Origin: Octopus bimaculoides
Taxonomy: Eukaryota
DNA length: 55,776 nt
Direction of reading: 5' to 3'
NCBI RefSeq assembly: GCF_001194135.2
Contig: NC_068981.1
Location: forward strand, 138,098,979-138,154,754
A program made the translations under genes and the position numbers. The notes beneath the pieces are model-generated. The model was given only the letters and a program-made list of their open reading frames with translations. It had not been told where the DNA came from and did no database searches. The stretch's first letter is position 1. Each line of letters opens with the position of its first letter. Positions 13,018 through 25,920 of this stretch are shown here, one piece after another.

Positions 13018-13470
13018 GATGGCTGTCCACTCGTGACCGAAGAAGACCATTGCTGACCTTCAGGAACATTGTGCGCTCTAGGACTAACTTATATTTTGCA
13101 TTTGCGGCTCCGTTGGTGGCTAATGAGCTCTGCTCTTCACAAGCATACACGACTACAAACATTGCATATTAAGCTTTCCCCATTCACTATATGAGCCGTG
13201 CGCTTTCGTGCAGCTCGCTTAAGTTCTTTATACTGGATACGTGCTCTCTCAAAAGTGTCGATGCCCTCCTTAACCTGCTTCCTCCATCCGTGGCGATGAC
13301 AGGCATTGTTCTCCCAGTCAGTGTCCAGCATATTACAGGCCTTTAATGAGGACTTGACACAGTCTTTAAAGCGCATCCTTGGTTTCTGTCGGAGTCTCCT
13401 TCCATTCACAAGTTCTCCATAGAGCATCTGCTTAGGAATCCTGCTATCCTTCATTCTAATAAGGTGTCCA
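13018..13470 (-). mobile_element. RTE/BovB-like LINE, 5'-truncated 3' end, flanked by (TACA)n on both sides
   Basis: ORF 13137-13520: GHLIRMKDSRIPKQMLYGEL...KPRMRFKDCVK...W...R..WR...CNVCSRVC, typical of the RTE ORF C-terminus. Confidence 0.85.
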
Positions 13471-14024
13471 ATACATACATACATACATACATACATACAT
13501 ACATACATACATACATACATACATCACTTACAAGAAAAAAATATATATACTATATTGGCTTACACGAAGCATTGAAATATTTCTTGGGGCGAGTCTGATG
13601 AAATTGAAACCGCAGTCGATTAACTTCGCAAACATGCTGTTGCAAAAAGCAATTGTTATTCCTATCCCTGTCGATTTTTAAAAGACACTTAATATCAACT
13701 AAAGGTTAGCATTAACGCAAAAAAAAAAGAGAAAAAAAAACAATAAATATGTACAGAATGCAGAGTTCATTGCAACACTCATTAACATCACTCAACACTC
13801 CTATATCTTTATATGGAACTGATCCGACAAAGTCGGATGTTGAAAACAAACAGCTTAAAAACAATTGAAAGATGTAGTTAGAAAACTAATCATTATAGAC
13901 GTCACTAGACAACAACGCATTATTCACGCTATCACTGGAGATTATACAAAAGTATGTGATATCACGTATTGGATAATCAATGTCTGCCTGTCTACATTAG
14001 CTGCCATTATGAGAGAACATCTAA

Positions 14025-14690
14025 GGTGATGAGCTGGCAGAATTGTTTACACGCTGGACAAAATTCTTAGTGGCATTTCATCGGTCTTTATGATCTGAGT
14101 TCAATTCTGCCGGGGTCGACTTTATCTTTCATACTTTCGGGGTCGATAAAATAAGTACCAGTTGGTCACTGGTGTTGATGTAATCGATTATTCCCACCTC
14201 TGAAATTGCTGGCCTTTTGCCAAGATTTGAATCCATTATGAAAGAATATCTAAGGCGGTGAGGTGGCAGTGCCGTTAGCACGCCGGGCAAAATGCTTTGC
14301 GATATTTCGCCCGTTTTTACATTATTAGTTCAAATTCCGCCGAGGTCGACTTTATCTTTCATTCTTTCGGAATCGATAAAATTACTAGTCTAGTACTGAG
14401 ATCGATGTAATCGACAAGTCCCCTTCCCCCAAATTTCAGACCTTGTGCCTATAGTAGAAACGATTACGTAAGAGCATATCAGGTGGTAAGGTGGCAGAAA
14501 TTGTTAGTACAAATGCCGGACAAAATGCTTTGTGGAATTTCTTCCAGCTACATGTTCTGAATTCAAATTCCGCCTCGGTCGACGTTTCCTTTCCTCCTCT
14601 CGAAGTTGATGAAATCGAGCACACGGGGCCGATCTAATCGACTAACTTCATCCTCCTAAATTTAAGGCTTTATTGACTATTGCAGAAAGA
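14025..14690 (+). mobile_element. Three tandem SINE family B copies (about 14025-14237, 14272-14463, 14480-14690)
   Basis: Three consecutive heads (aaggtgatgagctggcag, aaggcggtgaggtggcag, aggtggtaaggtggcag), each followed by the B core. Confidence 0.85.
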
Positions 14691-14849
14691 ATAATTTAAA
14701 AACCATCAAGGAGATCCCCACGATACACGTACTAATGAACTACATAGACATAAGCAAGGCAAGGCAAGAGGATGATAAAACTACAAGAGAACATCGATAT
14801 CTTGCGCCGCAGAATCGAGCATTCAGATACCGTAAGTATCACTTGTCAG

Positions 14850-15171
14850 ATGTAACGTGTCTGGAACGGCACAACAATGCAAAATGGACTATAATAAATA
14901 AATATTATAAATATCATAAATAATCTAATTATAAATAATCTAATTATTCATAGCCTAAAATAATAATTCGGAATATAAAAATTCCTTCTTCAATGGAGTC
15001 ACTGTTATAGTCAGTTTTCTAACGGTAACTCCATTACTTCTTAGCAATATCTGAAGAAGACATTTTTATATTCAGAAATATTATTTAAGGCTATGAATAT
15101 TTAAATTATTTATAACAGTTATTATAGTATAGTCCACTCTGTATTGTTATGCCATTCCAGACACGTTACAT
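14850..15171. mobile_element. MITE-like element with ~45-bp inverted termini and an internal hairpin
   Basis: atgtaacgtgtctggaacggcacaacaatgcaaaatggactata (14850-14893) is imperfectly inverted at 15128-15171; internal aatggagtcactgtta...taacggtaactccatt stem. Confidence 0.6.
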
Positions 15172-15254
15172 TTCACAAACAATATATAATGTTTCCAGTG
15201 AACTACAATACCCTTTTACCATAAGTATTATCATAAGGGATTAAGTAAGTAATA

Positions 15255-15455
15255 AGTTCTCATATTATGTATAAGTCGGAGTGGCGTTGGCTTGATAGTT
15301 GCTTTCACTATATTTCCGCTGTGTACGCTCCAGCCTTCTTCAAGTGTTTTCTGATTCATCTTAGTGTCTAAAGAAGGTTGGAGCCTACACAAGCGAAACA
15401 TGGTGAAAACACCAATCAAAATGAGGACACGGCTCCGACTAATATATAACGATAA
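15255..15455. repeat. Imperfect inverted repeat of a Penelope-like terminal segment
   Basis: Both arms contain (c/t)t(g/a)aagaagg(c/t)tggag...(c/g)gaaa, related to 44523-44555; about 15-bp spacer. Confidence 0.55.
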
Positions 15456-15904
15456 AAAATTTCTCATCCTAGAAATATTGAATCATAATAAGCTCTCAGT
15501 ACAACTGGATGGATAGGTAAGTTCTACAATGAAGATTCAGTTGTTCAATCAACTGAACTACCTGCTTCTGAGTTAACGAGTGTAAGTGGCTGAGTATTCC
15601 ACAGGCACATGTACTCTTAATGTAATTTTCAAATAGAAGTATATGACAACGTTATACATTTGAACTACAAGTACAATCCATATTCGATACAGTTTCTGCT
15701 TACCCAATCCGATACGAGGCTATAAAAAAATGGTATTTACCCAAGGTGCCTAGGCTTGAACCCAGGGCCTCGTAACTGTACAACAACAACAACGACAACA
15801 ACTTATGAAGAAATCAACCTCACTAAAATACATAGACACGCCGAAGAAAAGATATATTTCTATTATAATATGCATTAGTTGAATATGATTAAAATAATCT
15901 CTGA

Positions 15905-17330
15905 AACTCCAGTAAAGTGTACACGTGCGGGAGGGACAAGTCGATGCTCTCCAATAGCGTCGTGGAACGTTGGACGGAAGGTCTGGTTAAGACGCTGGGG
16001 ATCTGGTTTGGTTCGGATCTCCAGAAAGAGAAGAATTGGAGTGAAGTCACAAGCAAGGTAACTGTCCTAATCCAGATTTGGTCTGGAAGGACGCTATCGC
16101 TGCTAGGGAGGGCGGAGGTGGCGCAGATGTACATAGTAACTGTTATCATCTACCGCCTGACCGTCGTGCCTTGCCCCGATTCGTGACTGAGCAAGCTGGA
16201 GCGTCTCCTCCTCCGCTTTTTGTAGAGAGCGGTACCACTTGTAAGGTGCTCTATCTGCTGTCATAAACCGTTAAAGGGTGGGCTAGGGATGTCGTTATAG
16301 GATGGGCTAGGGTGGTCACCGCTCGCGAAGTTTTTCTTACGGCAACTAACCTCCTTTCGGGACTTAGGCGCTTGGATTAAGTGGAGACCCAGACAGGGTG
16401 ATTGGCAGCTAGAGTGCTGACAGACACTCACGCTACTCTCCCGGGCGGGCAATACCGGCAGCTGGAGTTCCACCGCGGACTTCTATAGCGAGTTGGTAGA
16501 GGTCATGTCAGACGATGCTCTGGGGGAGACTCTGAACTTCGATAGAAATCAGTTAACCAACCTGTTCGAAAGAACTTTCGGGTCGGGGTATCTGGATAAT
16601 TATCAGAAATCCCTAACCTGGTTGGGATATCGATCTGCCTTACCTGTTCGAGAGAGGTTGTCAAGGCACGGTTGTGTCATCCCACCTTCCTGTTTGAGGT
16701 GCGAGCGGAACAGTGAAACTGTCCTGCACGCCTTCGTACAGTGTTACGGAAATTAGGGAATTGACAGCCTATATCGAACAGCTGTTATCAACGACAGAAA
16801 GAGGAGAGCTATCAGTTGAATTTATTATTAAGATTGTACTGGCCTCCTCACTAAACAGGGGAAAGAAGAGCTTGTTTCCTCTGCGTAGTGGCCATACTGA
16901 AAGAGACAGTATGGAGAACACGTGTGAAAGGGATCGCGACAGGTACCTTCATCTCCGGCCGGGGGCTGGTTGGTTACTTTTTACTACCACCTCCAAAGTA
17001 AAATCTGGTTGGAGAGGAGATACTTGTCGCATAGAAGGTTTGATAAAAGATGGACGACAATCGTAAGGAAGTTGTGAATGAATGGAAAAGGTTAAGTGCA
17101 GCCATCCAGCGATAGAAGGGTATACATGAGATAACGGTGGTGGGTTAATTAACCTGGCGATGTAAGTAATAGGAATTTTTAATTCTTTACCGATTTTTTG
17201 TGGAATTTAAAAAATATATTCATTCGATTTCATTATATTTGTTATTTTCTTTTTAATCCTTTCATTGTAATCACACTGTGTATGTCCATTTGTTCATCCT
17301 TGTAAAGTCCCCTCAATTTTGGGCCTTGTG
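15905..17330 (+). mobile_element. Tx1-like (L1 clade) non-LTR retrotransposon 3' half, frameshifted
   Basis: VKTLGIWFG...W....K......W..RTLSLLGRAEV...YRL...GGLGM and CLRCERNSETVLHAFVQC (zf-RVT-type motif), followed by a T-rich 3' UTR. Confidence 0.8.
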
Positions 17331-17350
17331 CGATCGTACAGGGAAATCGT

Positions 17351-17463
17351 ACAGGTGCGACTGTGTGGTAAGTTGTTTGCTTCTCAACCACATAGTTCTG
17401 CGTTCAGTTCCACTGTGTGATATCTTGTGAGCGGATCTAGTAGATGGAAACTGATAAACCCTT

Positions 17464-17515
<52 letters not shown>

Positions 17516-17524
17516 TATATACGG

Positions 17525-17560
<36 letters not shown>

Positions 17561-17758
17561 TGTGTATGTGTGTGTCTGTGTTCGCCCCCACCATCTCTTG
17601 ACAACCGGTTTTGGTGTGTCTATGTTCCCGTAACTTAGAGACCGATAGAATAAGTACCCAGCATTTAAAGAATAAGCACTAGGGTCGATTCGTCCGACTA
17701 AAGTTCTTTAAGTAGGTGCACCAGTATGGCCGCAGTCAAAGACTGAAAGAAGTAAAAG
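17351..17758 (+). mobile_element. SINE family A with internal (TA)n/(TG)n
   Basis: Match to the A consensus. Confidence 0.85.
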
Positions 17759-19259
17759 CTGCAAAGTGGGGAGAGAACTATGAGTTGGATATTGTTAGAT
17801 GATTTTTGTGATCTACAAAAAGTTATATCTAATCAATATACTACTTTGTGTGGTGAGACGACGTTTTTACTAAAATAATATCCAATGCCATCCGCAGGAA
17901 AAAAAAAAAAACTACCCTCGAGACAAATAGAGATAAATGGTTTGGATATTTATGACATAGGTATATTCTAACACGACTGATATCGGTGGAACAATCACAT
18001 CAAATCTTCGACTTTTATGATTACTTCAGACGAAAAGAAAAATGGTATACTTTCGTAGAGGTCACTTATACAGCAGATGTGAACAATGCTTTCAACGTCA
18101 ATGAAATAAAGAATATTTATGATTAACTGATTTAAAATGCATAGCTTCTCCACCAAAATTACATATTTGTTACAAATGTTTAATTAACAGACTAGAACAG
18201 CTTTGATTTTTATTCAAAAAAGTATACCATCTGATTAATACTTTGAAAACTCAATCTATGTTACTCAACGATATATTTCAGTTTAGTTTCTATATTTCAA
18301 TACAAAACATTTTCCTGCTGTTGGTAACTATATTCCAGTGATAGAAGTTTATTTTTAAGTTAAAAGGCGCCCATTTTATACGAAGAATTCAGAGAGCTTA
18401 AAAAAGAAAGAAGTTATTTGCTTAGTTTATCGGTATGTTTATACCAAAATATGTTAGATTACTAGTATGTGTGTATGTATGTATTAGTGTGAGGTGTAAT
18501 TAAGACGTCAAATCGATGCTTAAGTTTTATATATCTCACTTCACAAATTTCAACATATGTTTGGAGACTGAGAGCAATTCTCATAACAACATTTTGCTTT
18601 TTCGATCACATTAACTGTTTCTATCAAATTATAGCTATTTGTAAAACATTAGCAATTTTGACCATATTTTAACCATAGTGGATCACATTAGCGAGATATT
18701 TTGCCAGCAGTTGTCGAGAACCAGTGACAACGTATCAAGGGATTTTGATTTAAAAGCAATGAAATCTAATTTAGAAATGCATCAACTAATCAAATCGAAT
18801 TTAGAATGCATCAACTGGTAATTTGTTTAGACGTTAAAAAAAAACATAATGGCAAATATATCGACAGATTTTTGGTAGGCAAGATCGTAATCCGTTGTTT
18901 CATTCTAAGTTGGCATTTCTTTATGTAAAATGACTCCCTACATCCATATATATTTTCCATTTATCACACAAATATCCACATTATAACGCGTTCTCTGAAT
19001 ACGGTGTCAAAACGGAATATACCGACAGTGATATGCATTGTTAAGCTGTCACTTGTTAAACGTATACTCGAAATTACTTTGTGGTGATATAGATAGAGTA
19101 GAATTCAAAACATTTTCCTTTCGGGAGAAGGTAGAACTCCATTTATTTTAGCTTTTTACATTTCAGGTTTTATATCTGTGTACGATATTCTTGTATTGAG
19201 ATTCTTGGTGGCACCGAACGTAGTTATGCTTCATACTTTTTTTTTTAATCTCTTTACAA

Positions 19260-19725
19260 AGGCGGTGAGCTGGCAGAATCTTTAGTACGCTGGGTGAATT
19301 GCTTAGCGGCATTTCGTTCACCTTTACATTCTGAGTTCAAATTCCGCCGAGGTCGACTTTGCCTTTCATTTTTTCAGTGTCGATAAATTAAGTACCAGTG
19401 TACTTAAGTACCAGTCGCTGTAATCAACTAGTCCTCTCCCGCCAAATTTCAGGCCTTGTGCCTTTAGTAGAAAGGATTAATCTCTTTACAAGAATTTCTA
19501 GTCGTTCAACAACTACTCTCTTTTACTTGTTTCAGTCATTTAACTGCGGTCATGCTGGAGCACCGCCTTTAGTCGAACAAATCGACCCTAAGACTTATTC
19601 TTTGTAAGCCTATTACTTATTTTATCGGTGTATTTTGCCGAACCACTAGGTTACGGGGACGTAAACGCACCAGCATCGGTTGTCAAGCGATGGTAGGAGA
19701 CAAACACAGACAGACAGACAGATAG

Positions 19726-19800
<75 letters not shown>

Positions 19801-19950
19801 CGACGGGCTTCTTTCAGTTTCCGTCTACCAAATCCACTCACAAGGGTTTGGTCGGCCCGAGGCTATAATAGAAGACGGTTACCCAAGGTGACACCCAGAA
19901 ACATGTGGTTGAGTAGCAAGCATCTTACCACACAGCCACGCTTGCGCCTA
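19260..19950. mobile_element. SINE B (+, about 19260-19480) tail-to-tail with SINE A (-, about 19514-19950)
   Basis: Match to both consensuses. Confidence 0.85.
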
Positions 19951-21989
19951 TTATTCATATTTCTTTCTGATTTAGGCACAAGACCAACAAATTTGAAGTG
20001 AGTGATCAGTCGATAATACTCTCCTCAAATAATTAACTGGTATTTTATCTATCGGTCCCTGGTTGTATTTGAACACAGAACACAACCATAAGAAATACTT
20101 CAATGCATTCTTTTCGATGCATAAACGATTCTACTAGTTCTCCACCCTAAAAGTGATGTTTTCGTCCACATGAACCAGGTGTATTCTTGATTAGATTAAT
20201 TTTTGTTCATTTTAATGGTTTTGTTTTCCTACTAATGATTTCTTTATTCAGATTCCATTAAATCTTAGACACTTGTATTCGACAAGGAGTACACAGATAT
20301 GTCACCTATGTATTTCAAAGAAACTTACAATTACTACTTGACACACTTCTGTGCAATAAATATAATATTCTACATTTGTATATTGTTAAAAGCCAGTTGT
20401 GATTCATTAAAGTATGATGCATATCACGATCCAATATATTAAAAAACTGACGGAACATTTGTCTAAGAGCTTGGCGGCGATATGGAGCAAATGGAAGCGT
20501 CTTAACCACTTCGCGTTGAACTTAGAGTATAAACCAGAGAATATAAGATTAAACGAAACATACTGTAGGAGCTTATTCAGTTACTGTTTTTTTTCTTCCC
20601 ATTATAGGATTCCACTTGGTTGGATGATCTGAGGCAAACAACACAAAGAATAGGAAAGACTGTGTAAAAAATGCGATACTATTTAATAGAGAGATGATAT
20701 TAATGAAACGTAGCAATAAAATTATTGTTTTTGGTGTTGTTGATGCCCATTGAAGGTATTGCAGGATGTTTGGGCTCCTGATGGGATTTCCAATTTAATC
20801 TTAATATTTTATTTCAGACTAACAAGCAGATTTGTATTTCGATGGATTGCATGATTGTGTTTTACTACTTCAGCTAAGTAAACTGGACCAAGTGTTTGAC
20901 ATAACATGATGCAAACAGTTGAAACTTATTAAATCTGTTTGCAGAGGTTCCCGTTCAATATATTCTATAAGGATTGCTTTATATCAAACCTATTTTAGCT
21001 CTCTTTTTTTTTTTTCAAAGCTATTTTTTCAAGCTATTAACAGTTTAATTTAAGTTCCTGAGCCATACGCTTATCAATACTCGGTCTTGCGCTTTTTGAT
21101 GCCGAGGTAACACTCCAAAATTCTCTACAATTAACTGATAGAAAACCAGAGATGAATTGAAATATTAAAAAAAAAGTTCTTGGAGTATTGATAATCGATC
21201 TCATAAGGAATTAATCTTTCGGAAATGCTCTCTATAAAATACCAGATTTTACAATCTGGTATGAATTAAAATCCAAATCTGACTTTCATAAGTATGCCAG
21301 GATTAACTTTTAAGAAAATTAATTTCGAAGTCAATTTATTATTGGTCACAGACGGAGCAATAAACTATCATATAACTGAACTGAACGAATTTGAAAGGAT
21401 TTGAAAACCTAATACTTTGCAAGTATTAGGTTTTAGTTAGTGTTTTTATTTACTTCATTTAACTCTTTTTCCTTACTCAGCTTCGTACCCATCTCCTTTT
21501 TGGCACATATCTCAATTTCAATAACAACTTTGCATTATGCATATATAGATGCCTATACAGGCATAGCTGTATGGTTATGACGTAAGCATCGGAACCACTT
21601 GGTTATGTGTTTGATGCTATCTTTCAGCACCGTCGACAGTAGTTTTCTATGCTTATCTTGTAAATGAAAATTGGTAGATAAGATTGTGTGAGACCCGGTC
21701 GATTTGACAAAGGAATGGATGGATTTTATATGGGATTGCACATATTCAGAATCGGTGGTTTCGAGGGCCAGTCCAAGTGGTCTACTTCACATATGCGCCC
21801 CTTGTACCAATTTTGAATAGAATTCGACATTATCATCCTGAAAGATTGAACTACCATAAAACAAATGCTTGTACATGATCAGCCAAAATGTTCAGATAAA
21901 CCTTTGCTCTTGAAGTTACGTCTAGAAAAATGGTGAATGATGATCCATCAGAGAAAATGACTTAGTTCCATTGGGTCACTGACCACTTC

Positions 21990-22350
21990 TGATAGTCTAC
22001 AGATCCTCGTTTTCGCTTATCACTGTCGATGCATAGCAGAAGACATTTAGTAATTGCAGCCCTCCCATGCTATTCAGTGTTATGGGGCTCACAACAAGTG
22101 GTTTTGCTTGATACAGGGCTGGCAATGGCCACGGATTAGCTCTGTTATTACTTATGCTGCCATAGTTCGGCGATTTATTGATATATTTCATTATTCTGCG
22201 GTCGCTCTATATCAGCTTAGCCTGCTGTCCCAAACTATACTTACCAGAGATGGTTTTAGCTAGGTTTTAGAACGCCAAAAAGAACCTAGAGACTACAATT
22301 CAGCAGTTTTAATGACGGAAGATCCAGCCATCAGCGCTCCAGCCATTTGT
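21990..22350 (-). mobile_element. Old RTE/BovB-type RT remnant
   Basis: ORF 21997-22191 ALYQAKPLVVSPITLNSMGGLQLLNVFCYASTVISENEDL resembles RTE VLYQPAP...ITIDG..L.NVDKFCYLGSTIS...LD. Confidence 0.5.
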
Positions 22351-22666
22351 CTTCTTTGGAAACAAGTTAGGTCACGTACTTTAACTTATTTATCTACAGA
22401 TATCCGAAAAGAAAAAAAAAGTATAGAAGGTTCTATCATAAAGTAACAAGCTATACATAATCCATATGAACACATATAAAACATATAAACAGAATAAAAA
22501 AGGTTTGAATTTGTCATTGCCAATAGAAAAAATACTTTAAACGATAATTGATGTTTCCATTATTATATCTGGCTCACAAATAAATAAATAAATAAATAAA
22601 TAAATATATATATTTTATTTATGGGTTTCAGCCAAGTGGCTGCGGTCATGCTGGTGCACCACCGTG

Positions 22667-22710
<44 letters not shown>

Positions 22711-22711
<1 letters not shown>

Positions 22712-22936
22712 ATGACGATGGTTGTCCACTCATAACCGACGAAGACCATCACTGACCATTGCCGATGCAAAACGCCAGCAGCGTCTGTGCATAAGGTTAT
22801 TATAAGGTTATTATAAGGTTATTATACCAGTAGTGGGCTTCATCCGGATTCGCGTCAATAGCTTCCATAGTCGCCGCGTTGCCCTACTACTCGGCCAGCG
22901 CGTGAAAAATATATAAACACCAAAGGAGAGATAAGT
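22711..22936 (-). mobile_element. Element sharing an RTE-type 3' terminus, cut by an assembly gap
   Basis: 22717-22757 is 35/41 identical to the RTE 3' end at 13018-13058; the upstream sequence differs. Confidence 0.55.
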
Positions 22937-24078
22937 NNNNNNNNNNNNNNNNNNNNNNNNNNNNNNNNNNNNNNNNNNNNNNNNNNNNNNNNNNNNNNNN
23001 NNNNNNNNNNNNNNNNNNNNNNNNNNNNNNNNNNNNNNNNNNNNNNNNNNNNNNNNNNNNNNNNNNNNNNNNNNNNNNNNNNNNNNNNNNNNNNNNNNNN
23101 NNNNNNNNNNNNNNNNNNNNNNNNNNNNNNNNNNNNNNNNNNNNNNNNNNNNNNNNNNNNNNNNNNNNNNNNNNNNNNNNNNNNNNNNNNNNNNNNNNNN
23201 NNNNNNNNNNNNNNNNNNNNNNNNNNNNNNNNNNNNNNNNNNNNNNNNNNNNNNNNNNNNNNNNNNNNNNNNNNNNNNNNNNNNNNNNNNNNNNNNNNNN
23301 NNNNNNNNNNNNNNNNNNNNNNNNNNNNNNNNNNNNNNNNNNNNNNNNNNNNNNNNNNNNNNNNNNNNNNNNNNNNNNNNNNNNNNNNACTTACACACAC
23401 ACACACACACACAAATGTACATATATATTCATGATGATGATGATGGCGATGACGACGACGACGACGACGATGATGATGATGATGATGATGATGATGAGAC
23501 TTAGGGATCCACTTAGGTAAAAAGAGAGACTTAAACACATGAAGTTTTCATCATATACATCTTTGAAAAATGTTAGGAAAGCAACATTTTCAGTCTCTAT
23601 AGCAACATAGAAACTTACTGGATCAACTTTGTAAAGTCGTTGGTGAAACGATTTCCTAGTCGGGAAAAATAAATTTGTAAAAAAGGAACGGAACGACAGA
23701 AAAACTGGATCCTGAAAAATGTGTTCAACTAAATGGTATTTCTTTTCTGTACAAATAACGAAAGGGAAAAAAGAAACCTACCTGATTTGAGGCGGGAGAC
23801 TAATTATATAAAACTAACTTATATAATTTATTCCACTGCTACAGCATTTGAATGTCAATTGAGTCTATTGTAAACATTTATCTGAGACAAGCGAATTCCC
23901 TGTCAAATGTAAAATATTTTGCTTTATTTTTTTTACAATTTATACGATAAAGTTTCAAAATCTTTCATTGTACATTTACGACAAGGTCAGTGACATTATG
24001 CGAATATCAACAGATGGCGGCTATGCATCAGATTTCTTAAAACAGGACGGAAAACTAGTTATTCTGTGATAAAACTAA

Positions 24079-24600
24079 AGGCGGCGAGCCGGCAGAATCG
24101 TTAGAGTGTATTTCCTCTGGCTCTTTACGTTCTACGTTCAAACAAACCGAAATTAACTTTGTCATTCTTCCCTCGGGGTCGATAATATAAAGTACTAGAT
24201 CAGTACTAGAGTTGATGTTATCAAATAACCTACTTATTTACGTCCTTCTCTCCCCGAGGAGCATAGGCCATTAATGATGTCTCTCCAGCTGGATCTCTGT
24301 TTTAGTAACTAGCCTCCAGCTATTTTTAGGTTGTATTTCACTGCACTGCGTCATATGTTTCCATAAAGAGGGCTTTCCTTTCCCAGTTTTTGGTTGATTT
24401 TGAATTGTTAACGATGCTTCTGTAACTTTGCTTTTTTCTTAGTGTGGATGCAGGACCAAGGCAAACCCATTTTTACCCCTGGGTCCAACATAGGAGACCC
24501 TAATAGGAACTTGCGCTCCACTGGCATAGATCTCAGGATCATTGAGGAAAACACACCGCAATATGGGTTGAGTCTGAATCTTGTGTTGGCATCAAATAAC
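24079..24600. mobile_element. SINE B (+, about 24079-24230) followed by an RTE-like remnant (-, about 24240-24600)
   Basis: B head present; ccccgaggagcataggcca and gaccctaatagga...catagatctcaggatcattgagg resemble RTE 3' and 5' ends as I recall them. Confidence 0.45.
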
Positions 24601-25584
24601 CATTCCCTTCAAAATTTCTGACCATGTGCCGAAATTACAGACAATTCTATGATAAGGCTACAGAGCTCATAGACATAGCTCTGTGGTTTTACACTTCAAT
24701 TTGTACCTCAGTTGTCTTGCTGCTATTTCACTCCAACGTGCATAAAGCGAATATCGTCTCCAGCATTCACAGATTAATAAAATCTTTTTGAGCAAAATTT
24801 AGTGATACTGAAGGTGTATGGCATCCCCTCAGAGAGAACAACGCTGTTGTTTAATCGGCTGATTGGTGATATATCACTACCTGATATCTGGATGTCTTTA
24901 GCGGAGTCCATCAGGATTTGTTTTCAGTCTGCAAAAAATTTACCCTTACTTTCTTCTGATGCACTGTAAATTGTCGCAATCACGGTCGTTCACTCTCTCA
25001 CGTAAACTACACAAATCCTGCAAAATATGTTGTTACATGCCTGCTTTTGCAGAGTCTGTCAGTTTATTAACACATAAAGCAAGACGGGCCGTCACGCACA
25101 AGACGAAAGGCCACGATCGTGGCCCAGATAGATGCATCTAATTTATGGGCATTTGTTGGGGTCTAATGTCATTCAAACGCTTCGAAACCCCTCAGAATGC
25201 TAGCGGAATAATAATTCAACCAATGACTTTTCAGATGATGTAAAACTTGCCATCATTATATACTAAGAAGATATGTTAACTACTTTTTGTCTTTTATGTG
25301 TGCATAGTAGTCTCATTTTCATGAAAAGTGCTCAACAATCCATGCTATGTAAGTGCAAATACCAGCGCTTTATGGGTTAATTAAAAGCAATAACATGCTA
25401 CATATATATGGTGTTAATAATATAAAACTTAAAATATGAGAAACATTATTATGAAGATCTTTAAAACTTCCAATTAAGAATTATATTATATTCAAATAGG
25501 AAGCTTAAACGGTTTGATAATTTATTTTGATAGCGTTAAGTATGTTGAATATATTTTCTTTTATCTTGTTTTATTAATCTGTCA

Positions 25585-25920
25585 TTGGGCTGCGGTCATG
25601 CTGTGGCACTGCCTTGAATGGTTTTAGTTGAACAAATCCACTTCAATACATACTTTTCTTTTTAAGGCTGTTTCTTATTTTATCATCTTCTTTCGCCGAA
25701 CTGCTATGTTACGGGGGCGTAAAGAAATCAACGCCGGTTGTCAAGTGGTTGTGGGGACAAACTGACACAAATATACACACACACGACAAGCTTCCCCACA
25801 GTTTCCGTCTACGAAATTCACTCCCAAGGCATTGGTCAACGCGGAGCTAGTACAAGGCAACATTTGTCCAAGTGTTACTCAATGGAACTGAACAAAGCAA
25901 ACTTCTTAACCACACGACCA
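25585..25920 (-). mobile_element. SINE family A, degenerate
   Basis: Reverse-strand match (ctgcggtcatgctg, gtttccgtctac). Confidence 0.75.

Noticed and set aside
19466-19477. NPFY on the minus strand as the integrin last exon
   Set aside because: It is the terminal aatcctttctac of SINE family B and recurs at other copies.
19167-20880. Plus-strand tttcag/attcag acceptor-like sites at about 19167, 20253 and 20818
   Set aside because: No consistent reading frame or partner exons; could be non-coding exons but unsupported.
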